Notes: generated by a model not told the origin, from the letters alone. Shown: positions 24,305 through 36,932, counted from the whole stretch's first letter. The stretch: 62,988 nt of DNA, filler included, from Olpidium bornovanus S191 (GCA_017911155.1; 34 parts of 34 records of this genome joined end to end with filler, not necessarily neighbours in it); one strand, 5' to 3'. Program-made: numbers and translations.

Positions 24305-24414
24305 AAAAACACCANNNNNNNNNNNNNNNNNNNNNNNNNNNNNNNNNNNNNNNNNNNNTTAATTAATTAANNNNNNNNNNNNNNNNNNNNNNNNNNNNNN
24401 NNNNNNNNNNNNNN

Positions 24415-24662
24415 CATGACGGTGATGTTGGGGTTGACCAGCGTGTGGGTGGGGAAAATGCTGGCGTCGGCCACGCGCAGGCCTTCGACCCCGCCGGCGA
24501 CCCTGAGGTGGGGATCGACGACAGCGAGCCTGTCGCTAGACGGGTTTCCCATCTTGCAAGTGCCGGCTTTAAAGGAGGTGGGCGCAGTGGGGGCACGGAA
24601 GTGGGGGTGGAGAGAGGTCAACGGCAGAAACGTCAGGTGGAAACTGTTTCGGCACACCCCCC

Positions 24663-24704
<42 letters not shown>

Positions 24705-26384
24705 CGGGCGGCTGGGCGGGGCGAAACAGGCGCACCTCCTGGCCGGGACTAGTAACCTACCGGGATGGTATACGGTGTTAGAAGTTCTGCGGACGTATTC
24801 GCTGATCGCGCGGTCGGATCGGCAGTCGGGTCCCGGGGCGAGCTCGCGGCTGATCCACTTGCTTAGGGGTTCCAGCCGGGCGATCTCGCGGCCAAGCTTT
24901 ATGCCGTCGATCAAGACCGCTTCGTCGTGGCCCTCGGGGTCCGTGAAGTACCTGAAGTCGATGACGACCGGGTCCGCGGGGTCGGCCGAGCGCAGCCGAA
25001 GAGTGCCCTCACTTTTCGGCTTGGTGACGTTCGGCGTCATGCAGATGCCGCGGCCGACGGGCGGCCGCGGGTAGCCTCCGGGCGTGGTGTGCATGTCGAA
25101 GGCCTCGAGGCCGAAATGGAGCATCAGGTCCGGATACCGGGAGGTGTTCTGCGTGTTGGCGAAGAGCGCCGCCTCGTATTTTTGCCGGACGTTCGCCGGC
25201 ACGGGCCTGGTGGTCTCCCAGCTGATAACGCCCTCCGGGTGGTCGATGAGGTGGTTGCCCACGCCGGGGAGGTCGACCCTGCAGTCGATGCCGACCTCGC
25301 GCAAGTGCCACCTGGGCCCGATGCCGGACAGCATGAGCAGCTTGGGCGAATCGAACGCTCCGCACGAGACGACGACCTCCTCCCTGGCTTCGAAGACTCC
25401 GCGGTCGCTGTCGACTCCGCGCGCGCGTTTATTCCCGTCCAGCAGGATCTCCGTCACATTCACGCCGCACCGCACCGTCAGGTTCTCCGGCAGCTCCTTC
25501 AGTGGGTGCAGGTACCCGTACGAAGACGACGCCCGCCACTCGCCGTCGCAGTTGACCTGCAGGTAGCCCACGCAATCGTTGAACGAGCGCTGGTACCGGG
25601 GGGTGTTAAACTCCACGAGCGGGAAGCCGGCGTTGATTCCGGACTGGACGAACGCGCGGTTCAGCGCGTTGTCGTTCTCCACGACCGGCGTAATCTTGAT
25701 CTTCTCGCGGACTCGGTCAAAGTACTTGCGCGTCGTTTCGGCCTCCCACGAGATGCAGCCCAGCGACGCCCACCTGCGGCGGGCAAGGCAGTTAGGGGCG
25801 GCGAGGCCTTCGATGAAACAGCGGCGTGCTAAAAGTGGTCCCGCCGATCCGTACTCATTCATGTCCGAATCCGGGGCGACGAACGCGATGCACGAGTTGT
25901 GCGACGAGCAACCTCCCAAGCACTTTGCCCTTGAGTGAACCACGGCCGAGTTACCTGCGACCGCGGCGGGCTGAAGTGAGGCGCGAGCCGCCGGGCGAAA
26001 ATCAAACTCTCCCCTTTTGTCGGGAAAGCCGGTTCGGAGACCGCCTTCCGCCTCAGCCCCGCCGGAAATGTCCACACTCACCGCGCGGCTGGTGAGCGAT
26101 CTGGTACGCGTAGTCAAACTCGGTGAACAGGAGTTCCGACCAGCGGCTCAAACGCATTATCTGGTCGTTGCCCTCGTCCACGGGACCAGCCTCGAGCAGG
26201 CACACGGTGGCGGTCGGGTCCTCCGCAATGCGGCGGGCCACAGCGCCTGGGGCCGCACCGAAGGAAGGAGCGTCAGGCGCCGCCCCGGCCCGCCCCTGCC
26301 CCCGGGCCGGGATGCCGCAGCGGTTGCTTACTTACATCCGGCGGATCCGCCGCCGACGACGATATAGTCAAACGTGTGCTCCAT
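24415..26384 (-). CDS. codA: GMC oxidoreductase, choline oxidase (CodA)-type, about 5 exons, lacking only the extreme C-terminus
   Basis: [33 protein letters not shown] (His for covalent FAD), [56 protein letters not shown] introns, e.g. aatga|gtacgg...ccgcag|gtgg. Confidence 0.88.
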
Positions 26385-26603
26385 GNNNNNNNNNNNNNNN
26401 NNNNNNNNNNNNNNNNNNNNNNNNNNNNNTTAATTAATTAANNNNNNNNNNNNNNNNNNNNNNNNNNNNNNNNNNNNNNNNNNNNAACCCAACTGCAGCT
26501 GACTTACACTCTCACCTCCGGATTTTGGGATGTCGATTGTATTACCATCTTCTGAAAGACGAGCGATCATCAAAACTGGGAGATACTGCAGCCGTAAGAT
26601 ATC

Positions 26604-27545
26604 ATGGCAAACGCGGGCGTGGAGCAGCTCGTCGCGCAGATGCGGACAGCCGAGATACGGAGCGTGATCAACCAGTTTGTCGCTGCGGAAGGGCGCTTCG
26701 AGCGCAAAAACGTGACGGAGTACCTCCGTCGTTTCGACGTCGCTGTCAAGTTACTCCGCCTCGCGGACGCGGAGGTGGCAGCGCAGTTTAAGCTAACAGT
26801 TCACGAGGACTTCGACGAGCAGGTGCGGGAAGTCACCGCGGGGAAGACCTGGGGCCGCGCATAGGAAGATTTGCGGGAAACGTTCCGCCGCTTCGACGAA
26901 ACACGCGTGACCGTCGAACGGTTCGTTGCGTGGATTGAGGGGCCGAAGGAGAAGAAGGACCCCGACGATATCCTGCGCGGTTTAGATTGGCGCTTTGGCT
27001 ACCTCGATGCCACCGAACGCGCTTACTTCGCAGAGAAAACGGTGTGGCTCCTGCGAGCGATGCCCGTCGCCATCCGCCGGGAGGCGGCAAAGGCGCTACG
27101 CGAAGGCGACGGCCTCACGTCTGACTGGGCCCGGGTGTTGGACACGGTCCGGACCCTCGCCCGGGTCAACCGCGTGGTCCGCAGGGTGGCGGAGGCCCTG
27201 AAGCCGACGACGACAGAAAAGACGGCCGAAGTGGCGGAGGCTGCGACGCCAGGGGCCGCAACGACAGCGACGCCCGCGCGGAAGGGCGAAGTAAGTGAAT
27301 TGTGCGAGAGGCTCGAATGCCTGTCCCTAAACTTCATTGCGGCCATGGAACGGATGCAGCACTCGGCGGGGTTGGCCCCGGCGCCGCGGCGGTGAGAGCC
27401 GGCGGCACTTAGGCCCGGCCCGGCGCCGAGACAGGCACGCGTGTGCATGTGGTGTGATCGGGAGGGTCACTTGCGTCGAGAATGCGAGGACCTGCGCCAG
27501 GCGCTCGACCGCGGCGAGGTCCGGATCGACGACCGCGGTCTCGTC
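26604..27545 (+). mobile_element. Degenerate LTR retrotransposon gag (Ty3/gypsy-like) with CCHC zinc knuckle
   Basis: One continuous frame interrupted by TAG (26862-26864) and TGA (27393-27395): F..KNVTEYLRRF...W; CMWCDREGHLRREC (CX2CX4HX4C) followed by DLRQALDRGEVR. Confidence 0.8.
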
Positions 27546-28353
27546 NNNNNNNNNNNNNNNNNNNNNNNNNNNNNNNNNNNNNNNNNNNNTTAATTAATTA
27601 ANNNNNNNNNNNNNNNNNNNNNNNNNNNNNNNNNNNNNNNNNNNNACCAGGAGCACGGCACACTATCATAAGGTCTAAGGCGGCCCCCGGCCCCCGGCCG
27701 TCCGGGATAGCCGCCGGGCTCGGAATTCAACGAATAAAGCGCGGGCGCGGCTGACGAAGTGGCGGGTCGGCCGGGCACCCCTCCCGTGGAAACTTTCATT
27801 ACGACTGGAGGAGGGGAAAAGAAGGAGAGGGGATATCAAGAAAAAAGCACCGGTTCATGCCAAGCTGCCTTTGGGCGTTCGCTGCGCTTTCGTCGTGCCG
27901 TTGGCACCTTTGGGTACTCTTCTAGAGCATCTTCCTCTTCCAAAACACAAACAAGTTATTTCTTTCCACCCTTCCACCTTCTCACCCTTTTCCCCCCCCA
28001 CCTCTCCCCTCCCTCTCCTGCCCTCGTCGTCGCCCGCGTCGATCGGTTCTTTTTTTTTTTTTTTTTTCCGGCGTGGCTAGTAAACTCTCTCTGGCTCCAC
28101 TTTTTGGCCACTCCTGTGCGAGGGAAGAGACGTTAATGCCTTTCCAGGGCTCTCATCGCATTCCGAAGTGGAGGGTATCAGCAGCTGTGCTTCTCATTCT
28201 TCCCCCCCCCCCTTCCCCCCCCTTTCATTAATACTTTATAATAACGTAAATCCGCAGCGGAAACGGCGAAATGATGCAGTGCGTACGTGTGCTGGGGTCG
28301 CGGAAGCTGAAATGACTTTCCGCTCCACCCCCACTCCCACCTCTCCCCCCCCA

Positions 28354-28387
<34 letters not shown>

Positions 28388-28532
28388 GGTTCTTCTGCTA
28401 CTTCCTTGTTTTAGTTTGCATACTCTATATAAAGAGCCGGGGAAGGGAGGGGGGGGGGGGGGGAGGAAAAAAGGGTTTCCCGCACCTCCGGGGGACTTTT
28501 CCCGTTGAAAGCGTGCGAATCAATTTTCACAT

Positions 28533-28650
28533 GCCAGACTCCAGCAATTGTTGGCGACGGATATCAGCCTGCCGCTGCGCCTCCTTCTGCGCCTTCGTGA
28601 GCAGCTTGCCCTCTTTGCGGAGTTGTTCACGCTTTGCCTGGAGCGCCGGC
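28533..28650 (-). CDS. FUN12: Probable eIF5B (Fun12) internal exon fragment
   Basis: KREQLRKEGKLLTKAQKEAQRQADIRRQQLLESG resembles the conserved charged segment before the GTPase domain of fungal eIF5B (EQL.KEG..LT.AQ.E). The match is short. Confidence 0.6.
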
Positions 28651-28753
28651 NNNNNNNNNNNNNNNNNNNNNNNNNNNNNNNNNNNNNNNNNNNNTTAATT
28701 AATTAANNNNNNNNNNNNNNNNNNNNNNNNNNNNNNNNNNNNNNNNNNNNCCC

Positions 28754-28814
<61 letters not shown>

Positions 28815-28889
28815 CCCGCCCCCCCCCCCCCCCCCCCCCCCCCTTTCCCCGCTTAGTCGTCCCCCGCCGCCGCCGCCCCACGGGAGATC

Positions 28890-30722
28890 ATGTGCGGTAC
28901 GTCCCGTCCCGTCCCGCGGCCCTGGCTCCCGCCGTCGTCGTGGTAGGCGTTACCCGCCCCCCCGCCGCCGCCGGCACACCCCCCACCCCCCCTCCTCCTC
29001 CTCCTCCTCCTTTCGCGCCGACCTCTCGCTCTCGCACCTTTGCCAAGGCAAAACTCCGTCGCTCTCCTTTCCACCCCGCCCTCCCGGAAAAAAAAACCAG
29101 GCATCTTCGCGTACCTGAACTACTTGACCGAGAAGGACCGGCGCTACATCCTCGACACACTCCTCGGAGGGCTGTCCCGGCAGGAGTACCGCGGGTATGA
29201 CTCTGCCGGTAAGAAGCAGAAAGAGAGGGAGAGAGGGAGAGAGAGAGAGAGAGAGAGAGCGGCAGGTTGGGTTGGGGGGGGGGGTTAGGTGGAAGGTGGG
29301 AGCGTTGGTGAGCGTGAGAGTGCGTCTCGTGCGTGAGAGGAAGGGAGAGTGAGTGGGTGAGATGGACCCGGAGCTGATCGGGCGGCCACCGGTGCGCACC
29401 CGGGGGAAACGAACGTTGCCACACAATGCGAGCGGCGCCGGCTGCCGCTGAGACACACATCCCCCCACCCCGCTTGCCCTATCTTTCTCAGGCATTGCCG
29501 TCGACGGAGACAAGGAGAACGAGGTGTTTCTCTTCAAGCAGGTCGGAAAGGTGAACACCCTCCGGAAGCTTATCGACAGCCACAATGACGTCGACTTCAC
29601 CCGGACCTTTTTCAACCACACCGGTATGGCCCACACCCGCTGGGCCACCCACGGCCAGCCCTCGCCCGTCAACTCTCACCCGCACCGCTCGGATCCGGCG
29701 AATCAGTTCACCGTCGTCCACAACGGCATCATCACCAACTATAAGGAGCTCAAAACCGTCCTCGAGAAGAAGGGTTACACCTTTGAGTCCGACACCGATA
29801 CCGAGGCTGTGGCGAAGCTGGCAAAGTACCTCTGGGATACCCAGAAGGGCGGCAAGCCCCTGACCTTCACTAACCTGGTGAAGGGGGTGATCAAGGAGCT
29901 CGTAAGTGAAAAATACCCCTCGTGGGTGGTGGTGGTGGTGGTGGTGGTGGGGGGGGGGGGGGGTTGGCGGAAAAGAAGAGGGAGGAGAAAAGATCGCACA
30001 TCATGCGGTTTGCAGTGCGTTTCTTTTTGGGAGAATTAGTTGCGGACAAGAAGGTTGCATATCAAGCGGCGGATGGCCGCGTCTTGGGAAAGTCCTTTGC
30101 GACTGCGGATAATTCGGCGGATTGCCGTCTTGGGAGAACCATTTGCGAGCGCATATATATCGGCCGATAGCCCTCTTGGGCGACTCGTTTGCGGCTGCAA
30201 ATACGTCGGCCGGCGGAGTCTGCTCTGTCCCGCGTTGACGGCTCCCCTTCTGCGTTGATGCCGCTTCCTAGGAAGGCGCGTTCGCTTTCATCTTCAAGAG
30301 CGTCCACTTTCCCAATGAAGTCGTGGCCACCCGCCGCGGCTCCCCCTTGCTAATTGGTGTGAAAACTGCCAAGAAGCTCAAGGTCGACTTTGTGGATGTC
30401 GAGTTCGGCCCCGGTGACGCTGAGAAGAAGCGTACGTCGCGATTGCAGTTGGATCGGGCGTCCCCACCCGCCCCGTTTCCGGCTGATGGCCTTTCGGCCC
30501 TCCAGTTGACGAGGGTGCCGAAGATGCCGGCCACGCGCTGAGCCCGAGCGGCATCAATGAGCCCAAGATCCGCCGCAGCGAGTCTCGCGCCTTCCTCAGC
30601 GAGGACGGTATGCCGCAGCCCATTGAATTTTTCCTTGCGTCCGATCCGGCGGCCATCGTCGAGCACACCAAGCGTGTCCTCTACCTTGAAGACGACGATA
30701 TTGCCCACATCCACGAGGGCGG
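28890..30722 (+). CDS. GFA1: Glutamine:fructose-6-phosphate amidotransferase, N-terminal glutaminase domain, multi-exon, 3'-truncated
   Basis: MC|GIFAYLNY...[88 protein letters not shown]. Confidence 0.97.
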
Positions 30723-31183
30723 TGAGTACTACTTTCGAGATGGTCACGTACCGGCTCGTTTTGCGCGTCGCCGATCTGCGCTGAGATGCCAAACTTCGGG
30801 AATTTCAGAGCTCCACATCCNNNNNNNNNNNNNNNNNNNNNNNNNNNNNNNNNNNNNNNNNNNNTTAATTAATTAANNNNNNNNNNNNNNNNNNNNNNNN
30901 NNNNNNNNNNNNNNNNNNNNCAGCAAAGCAGGGAGAATTACTACGTGAGTGCATTACGAAACGCCCTTGCCGGAAACCAGCGAACGGTCGCCAATTCGCC
31001 CACGTTTCCAGTCATTTATCCGGGACCTGATATCCAACATGCCCGAGACGTTGAACGCGCCGGCAGCAAATTCGGAGGGTGAAATAACCGTAAGAGTGAA
31101 CCGGGCCCTTTCATTTCCCTCTGGCCGGCGCTCGTTAACGCTGATTACGATGAATTGCCGGCAATTGGGCATTTTCTAAGGGC

Positions 31184-32438
31184 ATGTGGGCCGACTACCA
31201 AGCGGAAAATGTGACCCTCGAGCAGATCGACAAAGATGTGCGGCGGACGCTTCCGGAAATTGATTTTTTCCAGCGAACAGTCACTCCCACGCCACTTTCT
31301 CCGTTATCGACGCCGTTAGAGTCTTCTGTATTTTCCGGAGAAGAATTATCCGAAGGAAAGCCGCGGATAGTCCCTGAAGCTGAGGACGAAGAATCAGCGG
31401 CCGAAAGCGTCGCGGAAGGCGCCGCTGAGACGGGCTCGTCGACTCCGTCAACGATCGGCGTGGGCGTTGGGCCGCGTGAATCGCAAACAGGCTCTCCAGC
31501 GGGGGACAGGCCAAAGCGGCCAACCGCCAACGTTCTGGGCCTCACGCTCGGGGTTCCCCACCCCACGTACGCTCGAGTGCCTGACAGGCGCAACTTATTT
31601 CGGCGAATAGCGCGCATTCATCCTGATTCTGGCACGCGCAAACATCAAGAAGAAATTCTCGTGCCCGGCCGCGGTGGCCAGGCCGCGGACGCGCGTTCGC
31701 CGAACTCCGCTAGTCCGGGGCCCGCCCTGGTGGTCACCAGCTGGTCCGCTTCCGGGGCGAACGGCGCAAACGCCGGCGGCTCCGCCGTGTGCTCGCAACT
31801 GCGCGACTCGTCGGACACCGATTTCCACTGGGAGGCCGTGGAGCGAATCTTGTACCTTTATGCCAAGCTCAACCCCGGCGTCGGTTACGTCCAGGGGATG
31901 AATGAGCTTCTGGCGCCGATCTACTTTTGCTTAGCCAACGATCGGGAGGACGATGGCAGGGGTATGGAGCCGTGTTTCGGCGGACACGTGATCCGGAGCC
32001 CGGCGGGGAATAATTGCCCGTTGGCAGATTCCGTTCCTGGAGCCGCGCACCTCGTTGGACTGATGCCCCGCCGTCGTGACCCCGCGTTTTCGCCGGCTCT
32101 CAAAAATTCGCGCCAACAGCCCACGCCGAAGCGGACTCGTTCCACGTCTTTACGGTGCTAATGTCCCGGTGCCGGAACAGCTTCCTGCGATCTCTCGACA
32201 CGGACAAGAATCTCGGAATCGGGGCGCTGATGCGGCGGGTTGATGACATTGTCCGTTCCAGCGACCCGGAGCTTTGGCAGCGGTTGGCCGACCAATCCGT
32301 GGTGCCTGAGTATTACTCCTTCCGCTGGCTCACCACGTTATGTGCCAGGGAGTTTGAGCTGCCCGGTGTGCTCAGGCTCTGGGACTCGGTGCTCGCTGAC
32401 CACGAGTTCTTGACCGCGTTCTGCGCCGCGATGGTCCT
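31184..32438 (+). CDS. TBC-domain Rab GAP, TBC1D13-like, partial
   Basis: IDKDVRRT (R finger), HWEAVERILYLYAKLNPGVGYVQGMNELLAPIY (Q finger), EADSFHVF, YSFRWLT...FELPGVLRLWDSVL. Long low-complexity insert between the fingers. Confidence 0.92.
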
Positions 32439-33239
32439 GTGAGTGGCGGGACCTTTATTTGCGGCGCGCCTTCCGATTATCGCGGTTCTTTTTTCCTCTT
32501 TGCGTCCCCTTCCCCCCCCCCCTTCCCCTCCTATCACCACCACCACCACCACCACCAACTCTAATCCTGCGACACAACCACGGTCTGACGGTTTCTGACC
32601 GTTTCGCGTCTCGGCGCCGCTTTACCTGTAATTATCTCATTTGGTTGGTCCACATCTGCCCCACTCCTGACCTGTGAATCCTGCTTAATTATGCGGATTT
32701 TTTTTTCTTGTTTCAACTCTCTTGATCCACTGGATCATCCCAAACCCCGCGGCGTTACATCCATGCACCAAAATATTCCGTGCAGTCGGCTCCAAGTGAA
32801 GTCTGCGATCAAAGCCTGCCTCCAAAGGACACGGGGGCGTGCAAACCATAAGCGCACCATTGATTGCTCTTTACTACGGAGGNNNNNNNNNNNNNNNNNN
32901 NNNNNNNNNNNNNNNNNNNNNNNNNNTTAATTAATTAANNNNNNNNNNNNNNNNNNNNNNNNNNNNNNNNNNNNNNNNNNNNATTTTCCCCCCTCCCCCC
33001 CCCCCCCCCCCCCCCCCCTTCCCCTCACCTCTCTCCTCCCCTCCACTCGACTTTATTTCCCGTTTCCGTTATTTTCCCCTGGGGAATCTGTTCCTCCCAC
33101 GCCGCCGCCTCTCTTCCCGTAACCATCGCTTATATACCACTGTTGATTGACTGCTCGATCTGTATATATGAACAGATTTTTGTCTCAGAAGGGAGGTAAG
33201 TAAGTTTTAAGCCAAACAAACCCCCAAAAAAAACTAACA

Positions 33240-33395
33240 AAGAGAAAGAACCTACCGAGTTTTACCAGGGCACCGGCGCTATGTAATAAGGTGGTAGAAA
33301 AAAAAATTTAACAAAGAGAAAGAAACGACCGAGTTGCAGCAGGGCCCCGGCGCCATGTCCCGGGCGCCGTATAAGGTGGTAGGAAAAAAAAAATT
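33240..33395. repeat. Imperfect tandem duplication of about 75-85 bp
   Basis: AAGAGAAAGAACCTACCGAGTT...AGGGCACCGGCGCTATGT..ATAAGGTGGTAGAAAAAAAAA is followed by AAGAGAAAGAAACGACCGAGTT...AGGGGCCCCGGCGCCATGT...ATAAGGTGGTAGGAAAAAAAAA. Confidence 0.85.
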
Positions 33396-34984
33396 CCCGT
33401 CGGTCCATCCACCCTGCCCCAGCGTCGCCGTAGGCGGTTATGTCCTCCTCTTTGCCACCTGCGAGCACCGCGGGTGAGCCCATCGCCAAAACGTCAAAAC
33501 GTCCCTTTCGAAGGGGCCACAAAGCGGGGGGGGGACCGGGAGAGACGCCCCCGTTTAAACGAGTCTCAATTCAGCCGAGGGAGGCCTGCAAACGAGAGAT
33601 ACGTTCGTTGGCGGCGGCGGCGGCGGCGGCGAACAGCTGCAGATCAGGCGCGGCGGGTGGAGAGAGAGCAGAGAGCAGAGAGGCCAATTGAATTTCTCCA
33701 ACACCGTCACTCCCGTCGGGGGTCACCCCCTCCCCCCCCCGCCCTCCCTTTTCCCGCTCGGCCCCGCTCGTCAAAACGCCAGCCGCAGCCAACCCAAGTC
33801 CGGGCAGAACGGGAAGAGGGCGCAGGAGCACTGCGCGCCCCGACGACATCGGAGAGCCTGACGCCACTCCGTCCGCCGAACGAGGCACGCGCACCCTAAC
33901 CCCTTCCCCGCCGCGACCCGGTAGGAAAAGGCGCCGCCGCCGCGCCCCGCGGCGGGCCGGCTTCCCCCCCCCCCCCCCCCCCCCCTCCTCCCCCCCCCCC
34001 CCCCCCCCCGCCCCGCCCCCCCCCCCCCCCCCCCCCCCCCCTTTCTTCCTCCGCCTCAGGTGGAGCACAAGATCCAGTCGGGTTCNNNNNNNNNNNNNNN
34101 NNNNNNNNNNNNNNNNNNNNNNNNNNNNNTTAATTAATTAANNNNNNNNNNNNNNNNNNNNNNNNNNNNNNNNNNNNNNNNNNNNAGTGCAGCAGAAAGT
34201 CCTTGTCGGAGCACTTGGAAGGCAGAGGGCAGGTCAGCTGGCCCGTCGCGCCCCACGGTTTGCATTGCGATCCCTGCACGTTCTTTGATCAAAAATCTGG
34301 CCCATGTAATTTGAGCGCTTTCGCCAAACCTGGCGTGGCACTGAGCACCGCGTTGCCTCCACGGACTGAAGCTGCCGGCGGGCGATCAAGGTCAGCAGCG
34401 GCAGAAGCAGGCCTTACAACTCCATGGGAAGCGGCCGGGCAGCGTTGTTTTCAACGGCAAAGCCGAAGGTGAGGGTGACAAGCTCCGCTGCCCGGGCAAG
34501 GGAAACGTCCTTGTGCGCCGCGCACAACTTGCGCTGGGTATGGCACGGCAGCATGGAGCAAACGTTGGTGTCGACGGCGAGGGTGAAAAGTGTTGGGTGC
34601 GGAGTGCGGCAAGAAGGGGAAAAGTGGAGCGTGGAGCGTGGTGTGCGCCCGTGAGGATCACGCGGCGTGCTTGGACGGTGTGGCATGCGGATTGGCAAAT
34701 GCGGAGCAAAGGTGCTGACCGTGGAAGGTTTTGACGTGAAAAGCGAACAACTCAGAGTTATGGGTGCCCACATGAATACGAAATCGTAACGGGCGCGCGA
34801 CAACGCCGCCAGCATTTGAAATGTTTATGACACCTACTGTTGTGTGCCTGTCCACCGCGCCTCCCTCGTGTTGCTACACCACACAAGTCGTTAAGCCCAC
34901 ACGGCGCCAAAACCAAAAAAAAAAAAAAAAAAAAAAAAAAAATTCGGACGCGGGCCAGCAAACGCGCCCATTTACGCAGAGGCC

Positions 34985-35928
34985 ATGAGCGTGCGCGTGC
35001 CGTTGCGCGCCCTGAAGGGGCGCCTGCCGCCGGGACGGCCGCTCTGCGCGCCGGCGAAACTTCCTAGCGCGCGGAGGGAAGCCCCTCGCGACCCTCCCGG
35101 AGGTGCGCGGATCGGTGCCCGGGAGTTCAGCTCCTTCGCGCGCTGTCCCGTCGACCGCTCCGCGAAATGCGGGCCTGTGCGGCGACAGGCGCCCCTCGTT
35201 TCTGTTCCTGGGGCCTTCTCCCTTCGACTTCAGCCCGTGCGCCGGAGGCGCCACCCAGGGTCCCACGTCGGCGTGCGGTTCGCCACGACGGCGGCGAAGA
35301 CCACGTCTGTCGTCCGCGTGTGGAATCCGCAAGATGAAGTTGCAGTTATACCCGAGAACGGCATCCCCATCAGACCCAAACCGTGTTTCACACCAATAGG
35401 CACTCTCCTGTTCTGCTTCCCCTTCGTCACCTTCGGCCTCGGCCTCTGGCAGATGTACAGGCTTGGCTGGAAGGAAAGGCTTATCGAAACGATGGAGGAC
35501 AGGTTGGAGCTCCCAATTGTGCGACTGCCTAAGATAATCAGGTGGGCGACAGAAAGAACACCAACCCGTGCGCTCTCGCAGCTGCTCGCACCATTTTCTC
35601 ACTTTTCGGCGTCTACATCGTGAGCAGCGATCGGACGTTTGAAAACCTGGAGTACCGAAGGGTCTACGTGACAGGGAAGTTCCTTCACGAGAGAGAAGTT
35701 CACCTCGGGCCTCGGCCCAAAGAAGACCTCGGGAACGGCTATGACATCATAACGCCGTTGCAGCGTGAAGACGGGTATGAAATCCGATGATTTCGTTTGC
35801 TTTCGAGGCAGTTGCAGTGTCGCTGCTTGGCGCGGTCTCTCACGCCTGTCCATTCCGATATTTTCCTGGCCACCAGCCAGATCATCTTGGTGAAGCGCGG
35901 ATGGGTCACGTCGTGGAGAAAGAACATG
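34985..35928 (+). CDS. SHY1: SURF1/Shy1 cytochrome c oxidase assembly factor, 3'-truncated
   Basis: Arg-rich presequence; FPFVTFGLGLWQMYRLGWK, LEYRRVYVTGKFLHEREVHLGPR, GYDIITPL, ILVKRGWV. Confidence 0.95.
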
Positions 35929-36028
35929 NNNNNNNNNNNNNNNNNNNNNNNNNNNNNNNNNNNNNNNNNNNNTTAATTAATTAANNNNNNNNNNNNNNNN
36001 NNNNNNNNNNNNNNNNNNNNNNNNNNNN

Positions 36029-36932
36029 ACGCGGACTCGTTCGTTTGCGGGTCCGCATAGGACGATTCACCTGCCGGCGTCGTCTTCTCTTTCGGGATTT
36101 TACTGTCTAAAGTCTGGTGGCCAGATAGGCGCTTTTCGGTGCCGTCATGCAGGAGTTCATGCCCGGCGCCGGGCAGCGGCGACGCAGTCGTGTTCGGAGT
36201 TTCTGTCAGGTCGTACCCCGAGCTTGGCGAAAGCTCGTAAGAACTGCTCGAGACCACTTGATCCGGCGGCTTCGGGGAGCATGCGGTCCAACGAAAAAAT
36301 ACGCGGCGGCGACGGACGGGATAAGCAAAACACGTCGACGCCGCGCACATTCCGGATAATCCTTTTGGAAGCGTGCACCAGATCAGAAAAAAATAAAAAA
36401 AAAGTAAAAAATAAATAAAAAAAGAAAGGGGATATGAGGATTGCGTCGAGGGAAAGGGAGGGAGGGGGTGGGGTCGGGCACCTTGTCGCCGCCGCCGTCC
36501 GTCTGAATGGGTGCAAGGGGCGGACGGTCCCTTTCCAGGAATTCTGATAGCTGAAGGTTAGCGGGTAATCTTCGCCATTTATCGGATAATACGCCGTCAA
36601 ATTCGATGATCTCGGTGAAGTTGGCTGGCCGCGTGTGGGGTGGGGAGGGAGGGGAATCCCAACGTGTTGTGACGGGCGGTTGTCGAAGAGATCAGAACTG
36701 CATCTGCACAAATTCACGGATGGTGCAGGCAGGCCCCACAGCCAACGAGTTTCCCTAGCCCCCCACCAGGAAACCATCCTCTGGCATTGGAGTTTGCAAG
36801 GTAGCCGTCCCACCAGCCCGACTCGAGCGTGTTGAGGACTTGTATCACGTCGCCCGTCTTCAGGGACAGGCTCGACGGATCCGGTGTGTCGTAGTCGAAC
36901 ATCGCTTGGACGACAATGTCATGGCGTTGCAT
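36029..36932 (-). CDS. CDC25: N-terminal SH3 domain protein, probably a Cdc25/Ste6-type Ras GEF; 3'-truncated
   Basis: VQAMFDYDTPDPSSLSLKTGDVIQVLNTLESGWWDGYL...RGWFP|SNFV. LESGWWDG near the start Met is characteristic of fungal RasGEF SH3 domains, but the GEF domain is not in the contig. Confidence 0.65.

Noticed and set aside
24927-25832. 301-aa + strand ORF, and similar long antisense ORFs at 11094-11801, 43217-43789 and 61624-62556
   Set aside because: Shadow frames opposite GC3-rich real genes (codA, SAP18, TOF1, CCDC40).
24415-26384. Bacterial contamination as the source of codA (and of cysK at 57687-59040)
   Set aside because: Both have GT-AG introns with the same homopolymer-rich style as the other genes, and cysK shares a contig with MCU.
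34186-34815. Possible minus-strand gene divergent from SHY1
   Set aside because: There is a donor-like site (gagtt|gtaagg), but no consistent exon chain or homology could be established.
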